Origin: Promethearchaeota archaeon
GTDB taxonomy: Archaea > Asgardarchaeota > Hermodarchaeia > Hermodarchaeales > Hermodarchaeaceae
DNA: 64,000 bases
Assembly (NCBI GenBank): GCA_048938385.1
Contig: JBHLMG010000001.1
Location: forward strand, 224,001-288,000
Direction of reading: 5' to 3'
Made by a program: the position numbers and the translations under genes. How positions within the stretch are numbered: the first letter of the stretch is position 1; every line of letters begins with the position of its first letter. The notes beneath the pieces were generated by a model that saw only the letters and a list, made by a program, of their open reading frames with translations, had not been told where the DNA came from and made no database searches. Shown piece after piece: positions 28,176 to 37,806 of this stretch.

Positions 28176-28982
28176 ATGGTGATGGTTGTGAATCACTTGG
28201 GTTCCTATTCGACGCTAACATCAGAAGAGATGTCACTGTTAGCGGAGCTGCTTGGTGATTCTCCTGAAACGATTCTGGCAGTGCATGCCCTTCGCCGGCA
28301 CGATTGTCAGGCCTTGGTTATCGGTGAGTTTTCTGCGATACAGGCCGCGGTAATCCAACGAACAGAGTTTCCGAGCGAGCCACAAGCCTTTGGTACTGAT
28401 GTCCGTGCAATATGGAAGTTACTACAAGCGATTCAGGGTTGGGATTGTGTGAATGTCGCTTGGGATGTTGCAGAATCGCTTGGAGTGCTTATCCATGAAA
28501 AACTGCGAATACCTGTCAGGTATTACGGGGATTTTTACTATACGCTGCCAAAACCTGTGGCTCAGTTTCGCCATGAACATGTTCGGCGTTTAGGGCTTGA
28601 GGATCTTGATTTGTTGGAGTCTGCGCCGAAAGAGTTTCGGGGGCACGGATATGGGTCTCCTCGTGGATTGTTAGAAGCAGGGCTGGTTGCGTGTGGCATT
28701 GTGTCAGGTAGGGTTGTTTCGATTGCACATACGGCTGGGCAGACAAAGAAATTTGCAGATATTGGGGTTATTACTCACAAAGATTGGCAGAATAAGGGCT
28801 TGGCAACCGCCGCAGCATCGATTGTTGCAAAGGTTCTACAAGAAAAAGGAATTATACCCGTATGGAGTGCAGGTGATGACAACCCGCCTTCTGTTCGTAT
28901 TGCCCAAAAGCTTGGATTTTCAAAGGTGTCTCAGCGGCAATATGTAATCTTAGAAAAGAAGGAAGGATACACTTCAGGGTAA
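28176..28982 (+). CDS. GNAT family acetyltransferase
   Basis: DIGVITHKDWQNKGLA, W....N..S..IAQKLGF. Confidence 0.85.
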   Translation: MVMVVNHLGSYSTLTSEEMSLLAELLGDSPETILAVHALRRHDCQALVIGEFSAIQAAVIQRTEFPSEPQAFGTDVRAIWKLLQAIQGWDCVNVAWDVAESLGVLIHEKLRIPVRYYGDFYYTLPKPVAQFRHEHVRRLGLEDLDLLESAPKEFRGHGYGSPRGLLEAGLVACGIVSGRVVSIAHTAGQTKKFADIGVITHKDWQNKGLATAAASIVAKVLQEKGIIPVWSAGDDNPPSVRIAQKLGFSKVSQRQYVILEKKEGYTSG

Positions 28983-29147
28983 TATTTTGAATTTAGGGTT
29001 CTGTTTTAGGCTACAGGTTTCGTTTTGAACGATAGCAGTAATAGTAACTTGAAAGGGTGTACTCAGCTCCTGTGACCTTCACTATCAGATTGAAATAAAG
29101 GTCTTTGTTTCGAACATCAAGATCGAGCTTCTCGATAGCAGGTGCGT

Positions 29148-30227
29148 TTAGAAAGGTTTCTTTGCGCGCTGTTGTTGGCGTTCTTCACCAATCTTTTGAT
29201 AAAGTTCTAACGCGTTCTTAGGTGGAATGTGTTTTTCTTCTTTTTCTTGCAACGAAAGTGCGTCTGATGGACAAGTGGTCACGCATAAGCCACAACCAAT
29301 ACAGTAATCGAGATCAATGCTAGCAACATCCCTGTCTATTGTAATGGCATTCATTTGACATCGTTCAATACAGGTTTCACATCCAGTACACAACTCAGGA
29401 TCTACTTGCGCATAATAGTTACTAGCTACCAAGGTACTAGGTTTCGGGAGTTTTTTCAGGTTCGTTAAGATAGCACAACAACAACCGCAACAAAGGCATA
29501 TCACGAAGCTCTTTTGATCGTTGCTCGGACTGCAAACAAGACCTGCTTTCTCTGCTTCGTCAAGGATTTTCAGTGCTTCTTCTTGTGAAATCTCTCGACC
29601 TATTCCATTTTCGATGTATGCATAAGCGCCTGTCGAAAAAATAAGGCAGACCTCCCGAGGATTATCACAGCCCTCCCCGAGGAGTTCCTTTTCCTTCTTG
29701 CAAATGCATTCTGCCACAGCAATTTTACTCTGGCGCTTAACGATATCTCTAACATCATCATATGCAGCAACATCAATCGAATGATCGACACTTTCTGCCA
29801 CTGGTACTACGCGAAGTTGGGGAGTACGCATGGAAATGAGTTCGTCTCGAAGAGCTTCATCGATGTATTGTTCGAAATCCTCAGCAAACTCCTTTGTGAG
29901 AGTTCCCACTTGTCGTTCGTAGATGCCTACCACAAACCATTCGGCTCGGTATTGGGTTATACCTCCTTTCCTCGAACGAAAAATCAATCCCTTCTCAGCC
30001 ATGGTCTCAAGTAAGGGCTCGATCTCCTTTGCGGTGCGTTGAGTTTTCTGAGCAATCTGTTCAGCGGTTTCTGGAATGGGTGTTAGGCTAAGAGCCATTT
30101 GCGCTTCTTCCTCAGTGAAAAGATGGCGAAGAATGCGCATTTCTACTCCGGACTTTGTTTTGGGAAACCCGACGGGGAGGTTATCGAGGTGTGTTCGAAG
30201 GCGTTCATATACATCTTCAGTAGTCAT
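29148..30227 (-). CDS. Winged-helix plus 2x[4Fe-4S] ferredoxin-domain protein
   Basis: N-terminal HTH, CICK..C..C, ICLCCGCCC, two CxxCxxCxxxC. Confidence 0.82.
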   Translation of the reverse strand: MTTEDVYERLRTHLDNLPVGFPKTKSGVEMRILRHLFTEEEAQMALSLTPIPETAEQIAQKTQRTAKEIEPLLETMAEKGLIFRSRKGGITQYRAEWFVVGIYERQVGTLTKEFAEDFEQYIDEALRDELISMRTPQLRVVPVAESVDHSIDVAAYDDVRDIVKRQSKIAVAECICKKEKELLGEGCDNPREVCLIFSTGAYAYIENGIGREISQEEALKILDEAEKAGLVCSPSNDQKSFVICLCCGCCCAILTNLKKLPKPSTLVASNYYAQVDPELCTGCETCIERCQMNAITIDRDVASIDLDYCIGCGLCVTTCPSDALSLQEKEEKHIPPKNALELYQKIGEERQQQRAKKPF

Positions 30228-30310
30228 TTAGGTCCACCACAAATGGGGCTCCTATACTTCTGATACCTGAATGTCTTATGTAATAATGATATCTAATGTT
30301 CCTTGCCTAA

Positions 30311-32071
30311 TTAACGAGGAACTGGGATCGTTTCTTTGAAAAAGAAGCTGTTCTTTTTTACATAGCTCAGATATTGCTGGATTTCTTCATGGATTGTACT
30401 TGGGGACCATCCAAGAATTCCGCCCATCCGTTTTGCGACAGTGGCGGCAATTCGTCCTTGGTATTCAGGGCGAACCAGCCAGCAAATTTCCATACGACGA
30501 CAAAGTACATCTTCGAGGTGAAGGGGAGCCTCATGCTCAACGACGTAATCAATTTCAGCAATAATCCATGGAGCCACTTCTACAGGATATGCTGGATCAT
30601 CTAACAATCTAGCAGCCATTTCTGGGTGCTTGTTGGTACCCTGGAGGATTGTAAGGCCGCCACGGCCATATTGTTGATAGAGGTGAAGAAGAATGTGTGG
30701 ATCAAGATCAGAACTAGTCACTTCGGGGTGTTTTTGCCAGTCATCCCAGGTTATTGTGATGGCATAGGTGATCTTTGTGAGGTTTTTTTTACCTGAGAAT
30801 TTTGGTAGATTGAGTTCCTTCTGTGATTTTCGGATGTAGTTAACGAGTAAATCTTCTGCCATTTTTCGGAATATGGTTAACTTCCCTCCTAATAGGCTAA
30901 AGAGGCCATCTTCGCGTTCTAAAATAGTGTGTTTGCGTGAGACTTCACTTTCTGAGATACCCACCTCTGCCACTAAGGGTCGAAGGCCCGCGTATGTGCC
31001 TTGAATGTATTCATCACTGATTCTAGCCTCAGGGAAGAGAACCTGGATAGAGTTACGTAGGTAATCTGCATCCTCACCGGTGCAATAGCATTCAGCAGGG
31101 TTTCCTGAGAAATCCGTATCAGTGGTTCCCACAAGGACCCATTCGTTTCGACGGATTAAAAAGAAAAAGCGTTTATCATCGATTGAGTTCAGGGCAAAGG
31201 TGTCGTTGATAGGAAAATCCTTTCGATGGTATACAAGGTGTACTCCCTTTGTAGGGCGGAGTAATTTTTGGTGGGATTCATCATCTAAGGCAAGGAGTTC
31301 GTCAGCCCATACACCAGTTGTATTTACAATGACTTTTCCTTTGATTGTAATCTCTTCTTGTTGTAGTCTGCTCTGATCGATTGCTTGAACTCCTTCAATT
31401 CTTCCGCTTTCGTCATGGTGTAATCTAATGACACGTAAATAGTTCATTGCAGCAGCGTTCCCTTTCCAGATGGCTTCTTTCAGCGTTTCAATGACGAGTC
31501 GTGCATCATCGATGTTTGAGTCATACCACATTGCCGCACCGGTTAGCCGAGAAGTATCTAGTAACGGTTCAAGCTCATGGATTGCCTGAACATTTTTTGT
31601 AGTCTTTCCTCGCTTATAGCCGCCAAAACCACAGAGCAAATCATACATAAAGAAAGCCAATCGTAGTGTACGACGACTCCAACTCTTTGGTAGTTCTTGG
31701 GTTCCTCGTCTTCCAGCTTCAAGAAAGGGATAAAGGAACCGTGTTGGTCGGGTCATGTGCGACAGTCCATGATCACGTAACCAATTTCGCTCCGTAGCAG
31801 CTTCGCGTACTAAGCCGAACGCTCTTTGAGCTAGATAACGAATTCCTCCATGCGCAAGCTTTGTTGATCGACTGGAAGTACCATAAGCGAAATCGTGTTG
31901 ATCAATGACAGCGACGCTTAATCCCCTGTATGCGGCCTCGAGTGCAACACCTGCGCCATTAATCCCTGCGCCAATCACAACGACATCCCAGAGTCTATCT
32001 TGCAATAGCTGAAGCTGCTGGCTTCGATTTAGTTGGTTGAAAGACAAGGATTGGATTTCCCCTTGAGGCAA
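30311..32071 (-). CDS. glpD: FAD-dependent glycerol-3-phosphate dehydrogenase/oxidase
   Basis: IGAGING, GTSSRSTKLAHGGIRYL, DDARL, KGVHL, GTTD, AGLRPL, GGKLT; start trimmed to TTG after a GGGTG site. Confidence 0.9.
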   Translation of the reverse strand: MPQGEIQSLSFNQLNRSQQLQLLQDRLWDVVVIGAGINGAGVALEAAYRGLSVAVIDQHDFAYGTSSRSTKLAHGGIRYLAQRAFGLVREAATERNWLRDHGLSHMTRPTRFLYPFLEAGRRGTQELPKSWSRRTLRLAFFMYDLLCGFGGYKRGKTTKNVQAIHELEPLLDTSRLTGAAMWYDSNIDDARLVIETLKEAIWKGNAAAMNYLRVIRLHHDESGRIEGVQAIDQSRLQQEEITIKGKVIVNTTGVWADELLALDDESHQKLLRPTKGVHLVYHRKDFPINDTFALNSIDDKRFFFLIRRNEWVLVGTTDTDFSGNPAECYCTGEDADYLRNSIQVLFPEARISDEYIQGTYAGLRPLVAEVGISESEVSRKHTILEREDGLFSLLGGKLTIFRKMAEDLLVNYIRKSQKELNLPKFSGKKNLTKITYAITITWDDWQKHPEVTSSDLDPHILLHLYQQYGRGGLTILQGTNKHPEMAARLLDDPAYPVEVAPWIIAEIDYVVEHEAPLHLEDVLCRRMEICWLVRPEYQGRIAATVAKRMGGILGWSPSTIHEEIQQYLSYVKKNSFFFKETIPVPR

Positions 32072-32245
32072 AGAGTGCACCCTTTCGGAATGAGGTGCTC
32101 TACATTCTTCAGCTTTGCTCTGCAACAAAAAACCCAAAACTTGACTGAGCGCCTATCAGAGAACATAATACTTTAGTAACTCGGTGTTAGGAAAAAACAT
32201 AAACTTGTTAGGATAGGTTGGGCTATGTGAAGGGGTCTTAGGGTA

Positions 32246-33067
32246 ATGACTGTTCATAGTTTCTATGTGATAGGGCTTCGCGAAGGCTTCCCATTATACA
32301 GCCGGAAATGGACCCGCTCTGATGTAGATAGTGCGCTTCTCTCGGGATTTCTGGCTAGTATGGAGCACATGGCCCAACAGGTAGCGGCGGATCATGTCAA
32401 TGTGGTAAACCTCAAAAACCGTCGTTTCTTCTTCCAAATTGACGAACCTAATGGGCTCCTCCTCGTATTTGTCACTGATTTAAGTGAAAGTCTAGCCCGG
32501 TTTCGTAAATATCTCTCTCTCCTCAATAAACAGTTTGTGAAACTGTTTCGTAAGGAAATTGCAGAGCTTCATAAGAAAGGGACCACGGATACAACGCTTT
32601 TTAACAGCTTTGATGAATTCATTGATAACCTCGTCCTCACTTGGTGGATGGGCGAGTTCACTGTTTCTGCTGCAAAAGTTATGGATGTCTTTGAAATTTT
32701 TACGCTTTTTTTCAACACGGTACTCCAGCAATTCCTTACAGATGTTTCCCGTCGTACTTACGAGAGCGAAATTCAATCCATTCTCAAGTCCAATAGTAAA
32801 AAAATTCCTGCACTCAAAGGCTTTCATATGGACCCAACTGGCGTCGTTAACTACGATTCTATTGATCCGCAGCAAATTAAATATTCCCGGCTCCGTCAAG
32901 TATTATTCGACATATTCCATGAGCTCCTTCTCCTTGCCCGGAAGACTATGCCCAAACAAACTTACCAATCCTTAGTCTTTAAACACATAAGCCCTTTAAT
33001 CAGCACAGAACAAGATCGTCTTAAAACCTATGCGCTAACTGAAAAAATAGTGATGGAGATTCTATGA
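32246..33067 (+). CDS. Longin-like domain protein with helical C-terminal domain
   Basis: FYVI...G.PLYSR, D..LLSGFL.S, beta-rich segment then F..FD..I: Asgard longin pattern. Confidence 0.7.
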   Translation: MTVHSFYVIGLREGFPLYSRKWTRSDVDSALLSGFLASMEHMAQQVAADHVNVVNLKNRRFFFQIDEPNGLLLVFVTDLSESLARFRKYLSLLNKQFVKLFRKEIAELHKKGTTDTTLFNSFDEFIDNLVLTWWMGEFTVSAAKVMDVFEIFTLFFNTVLQQFLTDVSRRTYESEIQSILKSNSKKIPALKGFHMDPTGVVNYDSIDPQQIKYSRLRQVLFDIFHELLLLARKTMPKQTYQSLVFKHISPLISTEQDRLKTYALTEKIVMEIL

Positions 33068-33618
33068 GTAATCCTGTTGAAAGCTCAACTCAACCTATCA
33101 CCGCCCATCGCCCTTATACACACATTGCTAAAGCCGTCGTCGTCGGTGATGCAGCCGTTGGGAAAACAAGTCTTCTTGTCCGTTATGTGAAAGGTGTATT
33201 TAATCCAACTTATGTACTCACAATTGGCGTCGCTTTTAATATCAAAGACATCGTCGTTGGTGAAAATGTCTTACGGATGCAGATATGGGACACCGGAGGT
33301 CAGGAACGATTTGGGCCAATTCGTCAACTCTACTATCGAGGAACAAAGGGCGTCCTCATGGTTTACGATCTTTCTAACGCCAGATCCTTTGAGCGTATGG
33401 AATATTGGCTTAAAGAGGTAAAACGGGGATGTGGGAAAGTACCAAAGGTTCTCGTAGGGAATAAAGCAGATCTCCCGGCAAAAGTGCCTGTCAAGGAAGC
33501 CCGGAAATTTGCAGAAGAAAATTCTATGTATTTTGTGGAAACAAGTGCGAAAGAGGATCAGAATGTTGACTTGGCATTCAACGAGCTGGCAAAATCCATC
33601 CTCAATGCAGTTGTGTAA
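33064..33618 (+). CDS. Rab-like small GTPase
   Basis: GDAAVGKTS, TIGVAF, IWDTGGQERF, YYRG, GNKAD, ETSAK; no C-terminal Cys prenylation motif. Confidence 0.93.
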   Translation: MSNPVESSTQPITAHRPYTHIAKAVVVGDAAVGKTSLLVRYVKGVFNPTYVLTIGVAFNIKDIVVGENVLRMQIWDTGGQERFGPIRQLYYRGTKGVLMVYDLSNARSFERMEYWLKEVKRGCGKVPKVLVGNKADLPAKVPVKEARKFAEENSMYFVETSAKEDQNVDLAFNELAKSILNAVV

Positions 33619-33650
33619 TGACACATCAAGAAGCATTAAGGTATCGGCTC

Positions 33651-34280
33651 TCAACCTTTGTCCAAAAGAGTGAGAATTGCAGCAAAAGTACCCAACTTAG
33701 CAGAGATTCGACTTGAACCTGAACCGATGATGAGGACATCTCCGGTTTCAATGTCGAAGGGGTTGAGAATTATTGTGAGATCATCCTTCTGAATCCTGTG
33801 ATCTTTTACCATAAGAACGGTATCTAGATCTTGATCTTGGATGAATGTTGTAGCACCACTTGCTCCTGCTTGCATAGCTGCATCTCGTTGTAAAACGCCA
33901 TCGGTGACTAAGTATGCTAATTGGCGAAGGTGGCAACCGTAATTGTAGATATCAACAGTGTAACTACTCTGGGGGAGTTCTACAAGATTAATCAATGTAT
34001 GGCTCAAAACTTCACAGTGCTGTTTCCCCTCGATGGAGAGTCGGTGACCTTGCCGATTTACTGGCTCTATTAACCCTTGGGCTCGAAGAAAACGGATTAG
34101 TGATCGAATGCTTCCTCCTCCAAGTCCAAGGTCAGAGCCTAGTTGGTACCGACCAAGAGGCGAAGTACTTTGACAAAAAGTGTAGAAGGCTGCAAGAAGG
34201 TGCCAACGGAAAAAGTGGGTAGGAGGTCCCTGTCGGGTATCGGTATTCAAAAGTTTGGTAATCTCCATGAAAATCTTCAA
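33651..34280 (-). CDS. Winged-helix DUF4443-like protein
   Basis: GRYQLGSDLGLGGGSIRS HTH; DGVLQRDAA..AGASGATT. Confidence 0.7.
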   Translation of the reverse strand: MKIFMEITKLLNTDTRQGPPTHFFRWHLLAAFYTFCQSTSPLGRYQLGSDLGLGGGSIRSLIRFLRAQGLIEPVNRQGHRLSIEGKQHCEVLSHTLINLVELPQSSYTVDIYNYGCHLRQLAYLVTDGVLQRDAAMQAGASGATTFIQDQDLDTVLMVKDHRIQKDDLTIILNPFDIETGDVLIIGSGSSRISAKLGTFAAILTLLDKG

Positions 34281-34307
34281 CCTTCCTACAGTGGTATGCG
34301 ATCAAAT

Positions 34308-34919
34308 CTACTTGTTAGTTTCTATTACATCTTCATGAAGCCGAAATTGGCTCTGTTGAAGCTGGTAGGTTGCTCGTGTTATTGGTTGGGTAAGCAAAGC
34401 GAAGAGGACGGCGTTACTGAGAATATGAAGTATCATAAAGGGGAGTCCTGTGAAGAACGCGATCATGAATGGTATGTGAAAACTTAGGCTATATGCAAAA
34501 TTGGTTGCCAGATCATAGAAACTTGTTAGAAGTATACCAAACAGAGCTGGTAATAAAAGCCATCGGCTATCTGCGTAATTGAGCCTTCGCAGGCCTTTTC
34601 CGACGATGCCGCCTACAATTCCTATAAAACTGGTGCATCCAATTACAACCAGTCCGATTGTTGGAATGAAAGCTCCCCAGGGATTCCAAAGCTGATAGAT
34701 TATCATGGCAATACCGCCTGCGAAGGCACCAATCAAAGGTCCAAAGAGGAACCCACTCAGAAATACCATGATTGATGAAAGTTCGACATTCGGAATTCCA
34801 GAAAGAGCGTAATTACCAGCAATCGCCAAAGCCGCAAATACGGCAATTAATGCGACTCTAATAACCACAGAACTTCTAGGAGTAAGCCCTTCTTTATTAC
34901 CACTTTTCAAGGCAATCAA
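34308..34919 (-). CDS. ECF transporter S component (CbrT-like, probably cobalamin)
   Basis: IAVFAAL, IPNVE, GFLFGP, HILSNA; about 6 TM. Confidence 0.8.
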   Translation of the reverse strand: MIALKSGNKEGLTPRSSVVIRVALIAVFAALAIAGNYALSGIPNVELSSIMVFLSGFLFGPLIGAFAGGIAMIIYQLWNPWGAFIPTIGLVVIGCTSFIGIVGGIVGKGLRRLNYADSRWLLLPALFGILLTSFYDLATNFAYSLSFHIPFMIAFFTGLPFMILHILSNAVLFALLTQPITRATYQLQQSQFRLHEDVIETNK

Positions 34920-35650
34920 TCCTTTTTAGCTCGTAGGCGTTTTACTAGGATGTATAAGGCAGTGATAGTGATAATCGTCGTTAGAATTGCCATGAATACC
35001 AAAGTGGTTAGGCTGGTTGGAGTTTGCGTAAAGCTGATGAATTCAATTCCCAAATGGTAATCATTGAGAAAGAAAAATTCTGTGTAACCAGTAAGTAGAA
35101 TTCCTGTGTTCAAATCATAGACCAATGTCGTATTTTGATTACCCCATTGACCTTGATGATAAATGTAAGATTTCGTAGTTGAAGTTGTGCGAATATCTAA
35201 ACTCCCATTCATGTAGAAGCTTGCGGCCGCGTCAGTTGCGGCTTGGTCAACAGAATCCCAAGCAAGATGAGATACCAGTCCAGGGAACCAGGGCCATATG
35301 CTGAAAACAACTTCTGCAGCGATTCGTGAATCATTGGTTGGAAGAGAAAGGTTACCAATAGTGAACAAACCATGTAACTCATCATTTGTGACTTCTTGAA
35401 TTTCAAAGGTGAGTGATTGGCCTGCTTGAGCATGCCATAATGTTCCTGAGCCAAAGCCAAATTCGACGACTTCAGTTGTCACATTGGTTATTCGCCAGTG
35501 AAGTTTCGGCATACTATAGGCATTCGGATAAAGCCCTTGTGCGTGGGAACGGGTTTGCGCGGTGGCTGGTTGGGTCCACAACAGAATGATCGATAGGGCA
35601 AAAATGAATGTAACTGCAAGTGTAGGTTTTGCTTTCATAGACTGGCTCAC
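34916..35650 (-). CDS. Secreted, C-terminally anchored beta-rich surface protein
   Basis: Signal peptide, N-x-T sequons, YDLNTGILL, C-terminal TM plus basic tail. Confidence 0.7.
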   Translation of the reverse strand: MSQSMKAKPTLAVTFIFALSIILLWTQPATAQTRSHAQGLYPNAYSMPKLHWRITNVTTEVVEFGFGSGTLWHAQAGQSLTFEIQEVTNDELHGLFTIGNLSLPTNDSRIAAEVVFSIWPWFPGLVSHLAWDSVDQAATDAAASFYMNGSLDIRTTSTTKSYIYHQGQWGNQNTTLVYDLNTGILLTGYTEFFFLNDYHLGIEFISFTQTPTSLTTLVFMAILTTIITITALYILVKRLRAKKD

Positions 35651-36177
35651 CGCATTTTATAATAGACGATAGAAGCTGTAATGACTACAATTACACCAAC
35701 AACGCCAATTAATCCGAGACCTGCAAATAATTCGAGGTTAAGGGTTGGGGACGTCGGATGGGTGCTCTCAGGAGCGCAATATTTCCATAAAACTCGATCC
35801 CCGTCTGAGAGTACGAAATTATCGGCTGCAACCGGAGCGAGCTCATCATTTACCCAATATTGCCAATAGTATCCATTACCATTAGCGTCGTTTTCAACAT
35901 CATTAATCGCTGTGATGAATTTTCCAAAGGCATACTGGATGAAGGTTACTGTAGTTGTTTGATTGAGGATGTCAAAAACCGTGTCACCAACTAGGCTGGA
36001 AAATGTTTGTTGGGTCGAGTTGCCGTAATCGATGATTTGTTCCAAATTTATGGCAACCTTATCAGTATTCGTTGCGTTCGCAGAAGAAGAAAAGTACATG
36101 CTAATATTGACCACAAAACAGAGCAAGCAAATAACGAGCAACACGCGAAAAATCTGTTTTGTCAAACTCCGCTGCAC
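35647..36177 (-). CDS. DUF4430 (transcobalamin C-terminal-like) membrane-anchored protein
   Basis: TVFDIL, G.FITAIN, YWQYWVND...VAAD...L.DGD.V.W.Y. Confidence 0.85.
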   Translation of the reverse strand: MQRSLTKQIFRVLLVICLLCFVVNISMYFSSSANATNTDKVAINLEQIIDYGNSTQQTFSSLVGDTVFDILNQTTTVTFIQYAFGKFITAINDVENDANGNGYYWQYWVNDELAPVAADNFVLSDGDRVLWKYCAPESTHPTSPTLNLELFAGLGLIGVVGVIVVITASIVYYKMR

Positions 36178-36198
36178 CGTAGGATAAAATATCCTACG
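36178..36198. promoter_or_regulatory. Perfect inverted repeat, putative operator
   Basis: CGTAGGAT-n5-ATCCTACG between a TATA-like element (about 36200-36209, minus strand) and the DUF4430 start. Confidence 0.5.
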
Positions 36199-36269
36199 AT
36201 TATTAAAAAGCTTCCCATCACCAACGATGCCCTCATTTGTAGTTCACAACAACTCCATTTGAGTGAAGC

Positions 36270-37754
36270 CTAATGCTGTAGTGCTGTTGTAAGGAACTCT
36301 ACCAGTTTGCTAATTTTAACAAGCTGTTCGTCACCGCTTTTCATGTCACGGATCTTAACTGCGTTCTCTTCCAATTCTCGGGGTCCAATGATGGCTGCAA
36401 GTGGAATCTGTCGTTTACTTGCATCTTCTAGATGTTTAGTCAGTGACCATGAAAATCCGTTGAAAATCGTCCGGATTTTGGATGTTCGCAGCTGAGTTGC
36501 GATATCTCGACAAGCTGTTAATTGCTTCTTGGACACCGGAGCTAAGTAGACATCAGCTTGTGGAACCGGTGGTGGAAATAACTTTTTTTCCTCTGCAATT
36601 TCTAAAATTACGGTTTCACCAAAACCAAATCCTGTCCCAGGTAGTCGCTGTCCCCCAAATATTCCCACGAGATCATCATAGCGACCACCTCCGGCAATTG
36701 CCCTGGGTATCCCTTTTCCTTGATCCCATGCCTCGAAAACGATGCCTGTGTAGTAATCGAGACCCCGAGCAATTCCTGCATCGAATTCGCAACAATCCTC
36801 AATACCCAATTCTTCTAATTGTTTGGCTAGTTGTTTCAAAGGTACAAGATTTTTCTTAGTAGACTCATCAAGAGCAGGTTTGTTCATGGCTTCAAGGAAC
36901 TCTCTTGGCGTTCCCCGAATGCCTGAGAAATCAACGAGCTGTTCAGCTGCTTGCTTAGGAACCTTCAACTTCTTCAGTCTAGTAATTAGCGCTTCACGCT
37001 GAAGTTCTGGAAGCGAGGTCTTTAACTCTTCGACTTGCCTTGAACGAGGAAGTTTGAGATCTACTTGTTGTTTTCCAGCATAGAAATGCCGAAGTTTCAA
37101 CGCCCTGTCTTCTGCCTTCTTCCGTGGCATACCATCCTTTGTGAGTTTATCGATAATGGCTTCTTGTAAGAGTTTTTCGCGCTGATCCAAGACGCGAATG
37201 ATTTCGATGTAGTTGGTCAGTCCGAGTGATTCGATATAACTTTGGATTAAGCGACGGTCATTAATTCGAATTACAAAGTCTTTCACTGTGAAACCAAGGC
37301 TCAGGATGATAGCAGCTAATACATTAATGACTTCAGCATCTGCGGCAACATCTTCTGTTCCTAAGATATCGACATTCAATTGCCAAAATTCCTTGACGCG
37401 ACCTCGTTGAAGGGTCTCATCCCGGAAAACCCGTGAAATTGAAAACCATCGAATGGGGCGTGGGTAATATTGCTGCTGCGCGGACAGCATACGTGCAAGA
37501 GAGGGTGTTGTTTCAGGACGAAGAACAAGCTGTCGTTTCTTTCGATCAGTCACTTTGAAGGTTTCATCTACTAGCGAAGGTCCTGATTTAAGCTGATACA
37601 GTTCTATTGGCTCGACAATCGGGCACTCGTATTCGATGTAACCAAATAGCTTGGGAATTTCACGAAAGGCTTGAAGTATCCGATCAACCTTTTGATAGAG
37701 TTCTGGATAATAATCTCGGAATCCACCAATCGCCAGTTCTTTCCCGCGTTTCAT
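36270..37754 (-). CDS. hisS: Histidyl-tRNA synthetase
   Basis: GFRDY, LRPETT, motif 2 ..QRGR..EFWQ, ARGLDYYTG, GGGRYD, anticodon domain; true start near MKRGK (track ORF runs into the tRNA). Confidence 0.95.
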   Translation of the reverse strand: MKRGKELAIGGFRDYYPELYQKVDRILQAFREIPKLFGYIEYECPIVEPIELYQLKSGPSLVDETFKVTDRKKRQLVLRPETTPSLARMLSAQQQYYPRPIRWFSISRVFRDETLQRGRVKEFWQLNVDILGTEDVAADAEVINVLAAIILSLGFTVKDFVIRINDRRLIQSYIESLGLTNYIEIIRVLDQREKLLQEAIIDKLTKDGMPRKKAEDRALKLRHFYAGKQQVDLKLPRSRQVEELKTSLPELQREALITRLKKLKVPKQAAEQLVDFSGIRGTPREFLEAMNKPALDESTKKNLVPLKQLAKQLEELGIEDCCEFDAGIARGLDYYTGIVFEAWDQGKGIPRAIAGGGRYDDLVGIFGGQRLPGTGFGFGETVILEIAEEKKLFPPPVPQADVYLAPVSKKQLTACRDIATQLRTSKIRTIFNGFSWSLTKHLEDASKRQIPLAAIIGPRELEENAVKIRDMKSGDEQLVKISKLVEFLTTALQH

Positions 37755-37806
37755 CGTTGTCAACTCGCCAGCCAATCTCGTAAATATCCACATTGACATT
37801 GAAAAA

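Noticed and set aside
36199-36269. Cobalamin riboswitch upstream of the DUF4430 operon
   Set aside because: The gap is too short and lacks the B12-box and conserved core
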